A DNA stretch of 64,000 nt, taken from the NCBI GenBank assembly GCA_964619725.1, contig CAZUFC010000026.1:9729-73728 (forward strand). The letters are read 5' to 3'. This DNA comes from an uncultured bacterium (GTDB lineage Bacteria > CSSED10-310 > CAZUFC01). Positions within the stretch are counted from its first letter, which is position 1; every line of letters starts with the position of its first letter. Shown in pieces: positions 28,484-36,778 of the stretch. The notes beneath the pieces are model-generated. The model had not been told where the DNA came from, did no database searches, and saw only the letters and a program-made list of their open reading frames with translations. Made by a program: the position numbers and the translations under genes.

Positions 28484-28637
28484 GGGTCTGATCAAACCGG
28501 ATTACACTTCTTTCAAGTCTTTCGAAAGTTTGTTTCGGAAATCGGTGCCGGTATCGCAATCGGTATCGGAATCGTAATCGAACGAAATGATGGAATATTC
28601 GGAAGAATTCTCAAAAGACGCATTTTTAATCAATGCC
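28484..28637 (+). repeat. MITE-like repeat, family A
   Basis: GGGTCTGATCAAA ... TTTAATCAATGCC. Confidence 0.85.
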
Positions 28638-28645
28638 GATTATTC

Positions 28646-30064
28646 TTACTGCAAGTACCCCAGCGATTTCAAGTTTTCGATGAGTTCCTCGCCCATTTTT
28701 TCCTCATCAAAACTCTCCTTGAAGTAGGGGATACGATGTATGCGGGACCAGCTCTGCAACTGTTTCAGCATCTGCATGGCTTTTTGCCGGTTCTGGAAGG
28801 AGATGTTGTTTTTTTCTTCCGGGTCGTTTTCCAGGTTGTACATATTAACCCGGCATCGCTGAGGTTCCAGGCGCCAGTTGTGTATATCGCTGCGGTCTAT
28901 TCCTGTGAGTTGAACGATCAGTTTCCAGGGGTAATCTATGATGGAGAAGAGGTGACTGTCTTTCGTGTAGAAGAAGCGCTGGGCGTAACCGGTCGTTCTT
29001 GCTCCGGCGTCTTTACGGTTCATTATATCCAGTAAACTGCGTCCTTGAACGCTTTGAGGAATTTCCAGTCCCAGAAATTCCATGATCGTCGGCGCTATAT
29101 CCACCGATTCGACGACATTCGCTTCGTCCTTGCCGGGTTTGATGACTCCCGGCGCATGAAATATCAGCGGTATTCGCAACAATTCATTATATAACGTGTG
29201 ATCATGGCCCATTTTGCCGCGGTCCTGCAACTCTTCGCCGTGGTCCGCCAGGATGATTATAAGCGTATCATCGTTGAATCCATAATCCTGCAGCATTTTA
29301 AATATGCGGCCGACAGCATCGTCGCAGTATCTTATTTCACTGTCGTATGCTGCTTTGACGAACGTGAGTTCTTCAGGGCTGAGCAATTTTGTCTTATCTT
29401 TATAAAGGTTCACCATATCATTGGTAAAAGTGAAATAGGGACCGTCGTAATCCGGAAGAAATTCTTTCACATAGGGTTCATGCGGCAAAAAATCCGCATG
29501 CGGCTCCAGGTAATGCAGCCACAGAAAAAACGGTCCTTCCTTTTGCCGCAGCAGCCAGGCGCGTATGGATTCTTCTACATTGGATTCGGTTATCGAAACC
29601 CTGGAGTGGTAAAAATCATCGAAACCCCGAGTGAAACCCACTTCTTCGGATAACCAGAAATTCTGTACGAACGCTCCAGTGCGGTAGGAATGCTCACCCA
29701 GCATCCCGGCAAGCATCCGGGAATCATCCTCAAGCAGGCGTGAACCGATTACAGAATTGTGCCGCAGGGGGTAAGTTCCCGTCATGACAGATGCCAGGGA
29801 ACTGTGAGTATGCGGCGCCTGAACGAAAGCCTTATTGAACAGGAATCCGTTTTGGACCGCCTGGTCGATGCAGGGCGAAGTATTGCGTTCATACCCATAG
29901 CAACCCAGATGATCGGCCCGAAGAGCATCAATGGATATCATAACGATGTTCCAGCCCTTTCCGGGCCCCGGCGTAGAAGGACCGGAACAACCGGCGCCGG
30001 ACAAAAATGCGACAATGACCGCTAAGATAAAAAAAACAAATATTTCAAAAATGCGATAACCCAT
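28646..30064 (-). CDS. Exported sulfatase-family protein
   Basis: NIVMISIDALRADHLGCYGY, FLWLHY.EPH, YD.EI...D, ADHGEE, GHDHTLY, D.APTI, C-terminal LKSLGYL. Confidence 0.9.
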   Translation of the reverse strand: MGYRIFEIFVFFILAVIVAFLSGAGCSGPSTPGPGKGWNIVMISIDALRADHLGCYGYERNTSPCIDQAVQNGFLFNKAFVQAPHTHSSLASVMTGTYPLRHNSVIGSRLLEDDSRMLAGMLGEHSYRTGAFVQNFWLSEEVGFTRGFDDFYHSRVSITESNVEESIRAWLLRQKEGPFFLWLHYLEPHADFLPHEPYVKEFLPDYDGPYFTFTNDMVNLYKDKTKLLSPEELTFVKAAYDSEIRYCDDAVGRIFKMLQDYGFNDDTLIIILADHGEELQDRGKMGHDHTLYNELLRIPLIFHAPGVIKPGKDEANVVESVDIAPTIMEFLGLEIPQSVQGRSLLDIMNRKDAGARTTGYAQRFFYTKDSHLFSIIDYPWKLIVQLTGIDRSDIHNWRLEPQRCRVNMYNLENDPEEKNNISFQNRQKAMQMLKQLQSWSRIHRIPYFKESFDEEKMGEELIENLKSLGYLQ

Positions 30065-30205
30065 GGAACAAGCCTAAATTCCTCAATGAATGAAAAAGAC
30101 CCAGCCCTTGTGAAAAATAAAATGTTAAGAAACGAAAGTCAATTAAACGGGAGAAACCGGGTATCATTACTACAGTCTGCCGACTCCAGAGTTCAAAAAA
30201 CGAAA

Positions 30206-30362
30206 TTGATCAAAAATGCGTCTTTTGAGGGAACAATCTGACAGAATCACCCGTCATTTTGTTTCGATTTCGATTGCGACCCCGACCCCGAATCTATACC
30301 GATTACTGAAATAAAACGTCAAAAGGTTTTTAAAGAAGTGTTACCCCGGTTTGATCAGTCCC
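30206..30362 (-). repeat. MITE-like repeat, family A
   Basis: TTGATCAAAAATGCGTCTTTTGAGG ... TTTGATCAGTCCC on the + strand. Confidence 0.85.
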
Positions 30363-30513
30363 CAAAAAACGTTAAAAATGGATTCGTTGTCGTGATCATT
30401 GTCGTTGTCGAATTCAAACTTGACGCCCCTTCAGTAGAAATTGAATTTAAAACTCATTTCGCACGATACTCAGGCAACGGCAACCGCTTCGCTGACAAAG
30501 ACAACGATTCATC

Positions 30514-30722
30514 AGCTAGTGACTGTCCACTAACTCGATTCTCGATTCAAAATTTAATGCTGGACAGTCACTGCGGTTTTTGATCCATAAACGAGCGAAT
30601 TTTTCTTAAAACAAGGATGGTGAGGATTTGCGAGGCAGGGGCGGCGCTTATACGTTGCCTGAGCAAATCCGAATACTGACGAAGAATTGGGGAAAATTCG
30701 CCGTTTATGGACAAAAACCAGC
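30514..30722 (-). repeat. 209-bp palindromic repeat, family B, copy 2
   Basis: Inverted relative to 17485-17693; includes the 12-bp inverted repeat AGTGACTGTCCA...TGGACAGTCACT. Confidence 0.8.
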
Positions 30723-31065
30723 GAACATATTTAGAAGTAATGAGGTAAGGCTTATCCTGATACGTATTCCGGTTGCGTGGGGATATGGGGGGCTGAAAAT
30801 TGCATAATTACTATGCCAGGTTGCAATGCAGGAAAATCAAATTTTTTCAATATATTGAGACCTCATTGTTTAGAGTTGTGAAATTATCATTTTTACGCGT
30901 ATATTTTACAGGCGCCCGTATTAGGTCATTTGACACTTCAAACGAAAACTCGCATAAATGAAGTGAGAAGTGGACGAAGATGTTATGAAAGGAAGAAATG
31001 GATACAGAAGAGATTAAATTTAATTGGAAGAATAAAAAACGAAAAAAAGCGGGGAGGCAAACAAG

Positions 31066-32721
31066 ATGAGAAGACTCTTTTCTGTCGGGGTAACGATGTT
31101 ATTGTATTTATCGATGCCAGAATCGGCGTTGCTTGAAGTAAAAAATGTTCCGTCCGTATATCCGACCATTCAGAGCGCCATTGACGCTTCAAATAATGGC
31201 GATACTGTGCTGGTCGCTGCGGGAACTTATTCTGAAAAGTTAAATTTTAACGGGAAGGCGATAACTGTGATAAGCAGCGCAGGCGCGGTCGAAACCATAA
31301 TCGATGCGAGTACGGTCATGAAGTCTGAAGGACAACGCGTTGCTTACGACAGTGTAGTCACTTTTCAGAACGGCGAGGGTTCTGATTCTGTTCTTGAGGG
31401 TTTTACTCTTCAGGGAGGCAGCGGGTATGGCGGCGGCAACTGGTATGGAGGCGGCATAGTATGCCTTTCTTCTTCATCGCCGACCATAAAGTATAATATC
31501 ATCAGGAATAACGCTGTTCCCTGGGGACACGGCGGCGGCATAGGAATTATGTCCAATTGTAATCCTCTGGTCGCCGGAAACATAATCATCAATAACGTGA
31601 TAACGTCCGGCGACCAGAATTGCGGGGGAGCTGGTCTTTACATTAATTGGGCCGGCCCGGTTTTAATCAACAATTTAATTGCATCGAATTCCGGAAACGG
31701 ATCGGGAGGCGGCATTCATTTAAATTCATCAAATGCGGTCCTGATCAACAACACGATATGTGATAACAGTATCTCCTATTACGGAGGAGGAATATATTGC
31801 AGGGGAAGCTCAGCCGTCAATGCGGACTTCAGTAACGGCATCATATGGTCGAACGGCGCATCGACCGGCGGTAATATTCATGTTGCGGCAGTTTCTCAAC
31901 TGACGGTGAGTTACAGCGATGTGGAAAGCGGAGCCGGTTCAATACATGTAAACTCCGGCAGCGATCTCAACTGGCTCGAGGGCAATATTGACGGCGATCC
32001 AATGTTCGTGACGGGTAATCTCGGAGGTTATTATCTGAGTCAGATACAGGCCGGACAGGCGTTGACGAGTCCATGCACAGATGCAGGCGGTTCGCCGGCA
32101 TGCGACGTATGTTTCGGCGAACCAGGCCATACCATATGCCTGAATTTTTTTACCACAAGAACAGACGATGTGCCAGACTCAGACATAGTAGATATGGGAT
32201 TCCATTACCAGACGCAACTAATCCCAACGCAAACGCCGCCGCCGACGCCGACCGTTGTGCCCACGGAAACGCCGACATCCACACAGACCTTTTCTCCCAC
32301 AGAAACGCCGACCTTCTCACCCACGGTTACATACTCACCCACTGACACGCCGACAATGACGCACAGCACAACGCCGACCCTTACCAGCACAGCGTCCTCA
32401 ACATTAACTCCCACCAGTACGGATACGAAGACTCAAACGCCCACACAATCGCCAAGCCTGACGCCCACAATTACTCCAACGCTATCACCGACATTAATTC
32501 CGACTGAAACCCAAACGCCTACCGGGTCGCCGACTGCCTCTCAAACATTCACGCCCGCAGAAACAATGACGCCGACAAACACTCCCATCCCTCCGCCCAT
32601 ACCCATTCTTAACCCAGGTTCCATGTGGTTCAAATTGCTGCTCTTAATGTTTACGGCGAGTATACTGTATAGCAGAAAACATCATCGATGCCCGGATAAT
32701 CGGTCACCAAGGTCGATGTAA
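31066..32721 (+). CDS. Secreted beta-helix repeat protein with PT linker and IPTL-CTERM-like anchor
   Basis: VPSVYPTIQSAI..GDTVLVAAGTY, GGGI repeats, YYLSQIQAGQ..SPC, long PT tract, IPILN-hydrophobic-RKHHR. Confidence 0.8.
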   Translation: MRRLFSVGVTMLLYLSMPESALLEVKNVPSVYPTIQSAIDASNNGDTVLVAAGTYSEKLNFNGKAITVISSAGAVETIIDASTVMKSEGQRVAYDSVVTFQNGEGSDSVLEGFTLQGGSGYGGGNWYGGGIVCLSSSSPTIKYNIIRNNAVPWGHGGGIGIMSNCNPLVAGNIIINNVITSGDQNCGGAGLYINWAGPVLINNLIASNSGNGSGGGIHLNSSNAVLINNTICDNSISYYGGGIYCRGSSAVNADFSNGIIWSNGASTGGNIHVAAVSQLTVSYSDVESGAGSIHVNSGSDLNWLEGNIDGDPMFVTGNLGGYYLSQIQAGQALTSPCTDAGGSPACDVCFGEPGHTICLNFFTTRTDDVPDSDIVDMGFHYQTQLIPTQTPPPTPTVVPTETPTSTQTFSPTETPTFSPTVTYSPTDTPTMTHSTTPTLTSTASSTLTPTSTDTKTQTPTQSPSLTPTITPTLSPTLIPTETQTPTGSPTASQTFTPAETMTPTNTPIPPPIPILNPGSMWFKLLLLMFTASILYSRKHHRCPDNRSPRSM

Positions 32722-32924
32722 GCATCGCAACCGGACATTCGATAAAAAGAACGGCGATATTTGGTCGCATTTATCAAGTGTGTTCAAAATTGACCTTTCA
32801 AAGTTTTATGTAATATTGCAAACTCCACTATTCTCATTTGATATGAATTTAAAAAGCCGATACTCGTCTACGGAGGCGAAACCAGGCGAATGAGAATGAA
32901 AAAATGGATTCTAAAAAAATAAAC

Positions 32925-32996
32925 TCGAAATCGAAACAAAATTAATGGATATTCGGAAGAGTTGTAACCTCAAAAGAGGCATTTTTGATCAATGTC
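32925..32996 (+). repeat. Family A repeat, right half only
   Basis: TCGAAATCGAAACAAAA..GTAACCTCAAAAGAGGCATTTTTGATCAATGTC. Confidence 0.8.
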
Positions 32997-33131
32997 TGGT
33001 CGTCCCGTTTCCGTCTGATCTCTCGACAAAGGCGATTTGGTTTTCTTACTCCCTAAAATGTTCCTTTCAGTTATCAATCAAAAGTTTTTATGCTATTAAA
33101 TCAAGGGATATCTTTTTGAATGTGATATGAT

Positions 33132-33316
33132 ATGCCGAAAAATCTTTAAAAAATTGAGCAAATGCCCTGAATTTACCGACGCAGCAACGGGCATTCCTTG
33201 CTGACCGTCTTCTTAGTTCGCTCGACTGTGAAATCCTGAGCGATGTTGATGCCGCCTGGGTTGCAGAGGCTGAGCGCCGTTATAATGAATATAAGACGGG
33301 TAATTTAAACGCCTGA
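33132..33316 (+). pseudogene. Degraded addiction-module antitoxin (TIGR02574-like)
   Basis: Hand translation gives MPKNL*KIEQ, then a frameshift to ALNLPTQQRAFLADRLLSSLD...VDAAWVAEAERRY.EYKTG. Confidence 0.7.
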
Positions 33317-33709
33317 AAATGGTTATAAATGATCCAATTAATCAACTTCTAACCTCAAAAAATCGAAAGAGAATACTGTAAGACAACTCAGCCCCGTGTT
33401 TTCAGTCGCCCGGCAGGAGGAAAGCAGCCTGGGATTAAAGTCACGGTCGTGATGAAACGTCGCCTTTCCCTCACCGATACGGGAAGAGGAGCCGGGGAGC
33501 AAAATAATATCCGCAGTAAGACGCTGGCTCCTTCTCTACAGTATGGAGAGGGAACCGTGAGGTGAGGTAACCCGGAAATATTTTGACAACCGGCGCGGAA
33601 TCAGGGTATTTTTAAGAAGATTTTCGTTTCGACTCGGCGATCTTATGCAGAAGGATAAACGGAATGCACTGGGATGGAAAATTTAACGGATATTTGATGG
33701 GAGGCTGAA

Positions 33710-34045
33710 ATGAAAATAAATAAAAGGAAAGTGAACGATGTGACAGTGCTTGATCTTTCGGGAGACATCACGATTGGGGAAGGCGACGTCAAGTTGCGTG
33801 ATACGGTTAAGGAATTGCTGGAACAGGGTGAAAAGAACATCATATTGAATCTGGGCAATGTGAAGTATATCGACAGTTCGGGCGTGGGCGAGCTGGTGCG
33901 TTGTTTTACCAGCGTCAAGAACCGCGGCGGCGAATTGAAGCTTCTTAACCTGATGAAAAAAATCCGGGAGGTTCTGACCATAACCCAACTGATAACTATT
34001 TTTGATATTTATACTGACGAAAAAGAAGCGGTCGAGAGCTTTTAA
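33710..34045 (+). CDS. STAS-domain anti-sigma factor antagonist
   Basis: [30 protein letters not shown]. Confidence 0.93.
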   Translation: MKINKRKVNDVTVLDLSGDITIGEGDVKLRDTVKELLEQGEKNIILNLGNVKYIDSSGVGELVRCFTSVKNRGGELKLLNLMKKIREVLTITQLITIFDIYTDEKEAVESF

Positions 34046-34054
34046 ATCGGTATC

Positions 34055-34498
34055 GTGAGTAAAAAAGCTGACAGCGAGCTGATTAACAAGAGAGCAGCGA
34101 TCGGGGTTCGTATGCCCAGCGATCTTCAGTATCTGCCTATAATCGGACGTTTCATCAGGGAGCTTTCGATTGAATGGGGACTGGACGAAGAGTCGGCGGA
34201 AAACTTAAAATTCGCCTGTCATGAAGCGTGCGTCAATGCGATCAAACACGGCAACAAATTTTCGGAATCGCTTGAAGTGGCCCTGGAAATGAGGAATACT
34301 GCAGACAGCGTATCGGTCGAAATTACGGATGAGGGAGAAGGATTCGATTTAGCATGCATCAGAAATCCTACAAGTAAGGAATGTCTGCTTCTTCCTCAGG
34401 GCAGGGGAATTTTCCTGATGAAACATTACGTTGACAATGCGGAAATTACGGCGAAACCGGGAAGCCCCACGAAAGTCAAACTAATAAAAAACAAATGA
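34055..34498 (+). CDS. Anti-sigma factor / Ser kinase, RsbW-like
   Basis: EAC.NAIKHGN, ITDEGEGFD, GRGIFLM...VD. Confidence 0.9.
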   Translation: MSKKADSELINKRAAIGVRMPSDLQYLPIIGRFIRELSIEWGLDEESAENLKFACHEACVNAIKHGNKFSESLEVALEMRNTADSVSVEITDEGEGFDLACIRNPTSKECLLLPQGRGIFLMKHYVDNAEITAKPGSPTKVKLIKNK

Positions 34499-35604
34499 CC
34501 GAGAGTGAAAAGCCGCAACAGACGGAACAGAGGGAATGCCGCAAATGCGGCTTTCAGTTTCCGCAATCCTATCTTTACTGTCCCGAATGCGGCAAGCCTA
34601 ATCGATATAAAGCGGCAGTCTATTTTTTCCGGTTTCTGGTAAAGATACTTGAAGTTTTTTTATTTATCCTGTTCGGGATCGTTCTGATTTTTGCGTTTGT
34701 TTTCCGATTTATTTTCAAATGGCTCAGGAAAGCGGGAAAGAAGCGTAAAGATGCCGTTGACGCAGATTCAGAGAAGATATATCCGCCTGAAGATAATGCC
34801 GCGACCGTAAAAACTGTAGCTTTGACCATTCTGCGTACGCCGGAAAATATTTTTAATTTTCTGCCCTTGTGTTACGTTCTTGAATCACATTGGTACGACG
34901 GCCAGGGAAAGATCATCTGGAACGCCTCTTTTTTCGAAAAAACAATGAAATTATTCTGCCCCTACAACACGGTGATTTACATGATTCGCCGCACCGGGGA
35001 TATTGCGCCCGAAGAATTCGATTTCTTCAACAAGAAGGATATTCACTTTGAAGTGGAAAAGAAGAAGGAGTATCAATTGCCGGGATTCCTGGAAAAATAT
35101 ATTCCGCAGTACAAGGACAAATACGGCGGGCTGATGGTTCGGTTCAACGGTTTAAGCTCGCTGATAGAATATTACGGTTTTTTTCCTGAGCGGATAATAT
35201 TTGAAGAATCCGACATATTTTTTGCGTTTCGTGACAGGTTGATGCCGGTTTTCGGCAGGATAGACTTCAATACATTGAATCAGATGGACCGTTTTATATT
35301 TCCGGCAGATTCGACGGAAAATCCCGATGATATTTTTTCCAACTACTCCGCCTTGTTAAAGACATCGGGAGAAAAAGAGGTTGACCTGCCGAAAAGCGAA
35401 TTATGGGACAAGGCAAGACGATTGCATTTTTACGGAACTTTTCGAGTGAATGCCTATTTGAATAAAGCGCAGATGATTGCATTCACTGGCGCTGCGGCAC
35501 CAGACGATGTTGAAAGGGAGTTAAGAAAGAGCGCCGAGGAAGAGGGTTTGAATTTCCGCATGCGAGAAACTGAACACAGGGATGAGGATAGAGTCCGGGC
35601 GTAG
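34495..35604 (+). CDS. Hypothetical membrane protein with an N-terminal zinc ribbon
   Basis: CRKCG..YCPECG followed by a TM segment; overlaps the upstream stop codon by 4 nt. Confidence 0.7.
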   Translation: MTESEKPQQTEQRECRKCGFQFPQSYLYCPECGKPNRYKAAVYFFRFLVKILEVFLFILFGIVLIFAFVFRFIFKWLRKAGKKRKDAVDADSEKIYPPEDNAATVKTVALTILRTPENIFNFLPLCYVLESHWYDGQGKIIWNASFFEKTMKLFCPYNTVIYMIRRTGDIAPEEFDFFNKKDIHFEVEKKKEYQLPGFLEKYIPQYKDKYGGLMVRFNGLSSLIEYYGFFPERIIFEESDIFFAFRDRLMPVFGRIDFNTLNQMDRFIFPADSTENPDDIFSNYSALLKTSGEKEVDLPKSELWDKARRLHFYGTFRVNAYLNKAQMIAFTGAAAPDDVERELRKSAEEEGLNFRMRETEHRDEDRVRA

Positions 35605-35654
35605 TCCTGGAATTCACTGGACAGGTTTGTGTTTGATATAAGGGAGTTGAAGAA

Positions 35655-36662
35655 ATGCGCGTATTGATAATCGGCGGTACGGGATTCATAGGGCCTTATG
35701 CGGTACGTATGCTGCATGAGCAGGGGCATGAGTTGGCGTTGTTCAATCGATGTCGTTCGGAAACCGGTATTCCCGGGGATATAAAGCGCATCTGCGGGGA
35801 CCGCAGGGAGTTATCCGAACACAGGCAGGCATTTAAAGATTTCGGTCCGGATGCCGTTCTGGATATGTTTCCCATCGGCGAAGAAGATGCGGAAGCCGCC
35901 ATGAAAGTATTCCGGGATCTGACCGAACGGGTTATTGCGGTCAGCAGCCAGGATGTGTATAAAGCCTGGGGGATACTTATCGGAAGCGAAGAAGGAGAGC
36001 TACAGGAGTTACCTTTAACCGAAGAATCGCGGTTGAGGGAGAATTACTATCCATACAAGGACAAAATGCCCCTCGGCGACAGGTATGACAAGATACTGGC
36101 GGAAAGACAGGTCATGAATGATCCGCACATCAAAGGGACAGTCCTGAGATTACCCATGGTTTACGGACCGGGCGATCAGCAGCGCCGGTTATTCCCTTAT
36201 TTGAAAAGGATGGACGACGGCAGACCGGCTGTTATACTGGATCAGAACCTGGCAAACTGGAAATGGACTAAATGTTATGTTGAAAACGCAGCAGCAGCAG
36301 TATCGATGTCCGTAACCGATTCCAATGCTGCAGGAAGAATATACAATGTGGCCGAAAAAAACACGGCGTCGATGCTGGAATGGATCGAAGCAATAGCTGA
36401 AAAAGCGGGTTGGAATGGAAGAATTATAGCCGTCCCCGCGGATAAATTGTCCGATAAATTTAAAGCCGGTATGAGGACCGAACAGGATATTATTGCGGAT
36501 TCTACCCGGATACGGGATGAATTGGGATTTGAGGAAATAACCGGGTTCGATGAAGGGCTCAAAAAAACGGTCGAGTGGGAAAGGTCTCACATGCCGAAAG
36601 AATATCCAGCGGAGATGTTTGATTACGAAGCGGAAGACGAAGTATTGCGTCAGTTAAGTTAA
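35655..36662 (+). CDS. NAD-dependent epimerase/dehydratase family protein
   Basis: GGTGFIG, SS.DVY, Y.K...E, LRLP.VYGPGD. Confidence 0.9.
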   Translation: MRVLIIGGTGFIGPYAVRMLHEQGHELALFNRCRSETGIPGDIKRICGDRRELSEHRQAFKDFGPDAVLDMFPIGEEDAEAAMKVFRDLTERVIAVSSQDVYKAWGILIGSEEGELQELPLTEESRLRENYYPYKDKMPLGDRYDKILAERQVMNDPHIKGTVLRLPMVYGPGDQQRRLFPYLKRMDDGRPAVILDQNLANWKWTKCYVENAAAAVSMSVTDSNAAGRIYNVAEKNTASMLEWIEAIAEKAGWNGRIIAVPADKLSDKFKAGMRTEQDIIADSTRIRDELGFEEITGFDEGLKKTVEWERSHMPKEYPAEMFDYEAEDEVLRQLS

Positions 36663-36724
36663 ATGCCGCTGAATGGTTTACGATTCATTGCAGGAGCAGG
36701 TTCCCCTGTTTGAAGAGGATTAAA

Positions 36725-36770
36725 TTCTGAACTCCCGTTATTTGGAGCGCCGCATAACGGGAGTTCAGAA
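36725..36770. terminator. 17-bp perfect hairpin between convergent genes
   Basis: TTCTGAACTCCCGTTAT-N12-ATAACGGGAGTTCAGAA. Confidence 0.7.
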
Positions 36771-36778
36771 CCTTAATT

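Noticed and set aside
15029-28637. Family A repeats as integron attC sites
   Set aside because: There is no integrase, no RYYYAAC/GTTRRRY ends were seen, and the enclosed genes have mixed orientation and their own promoters.
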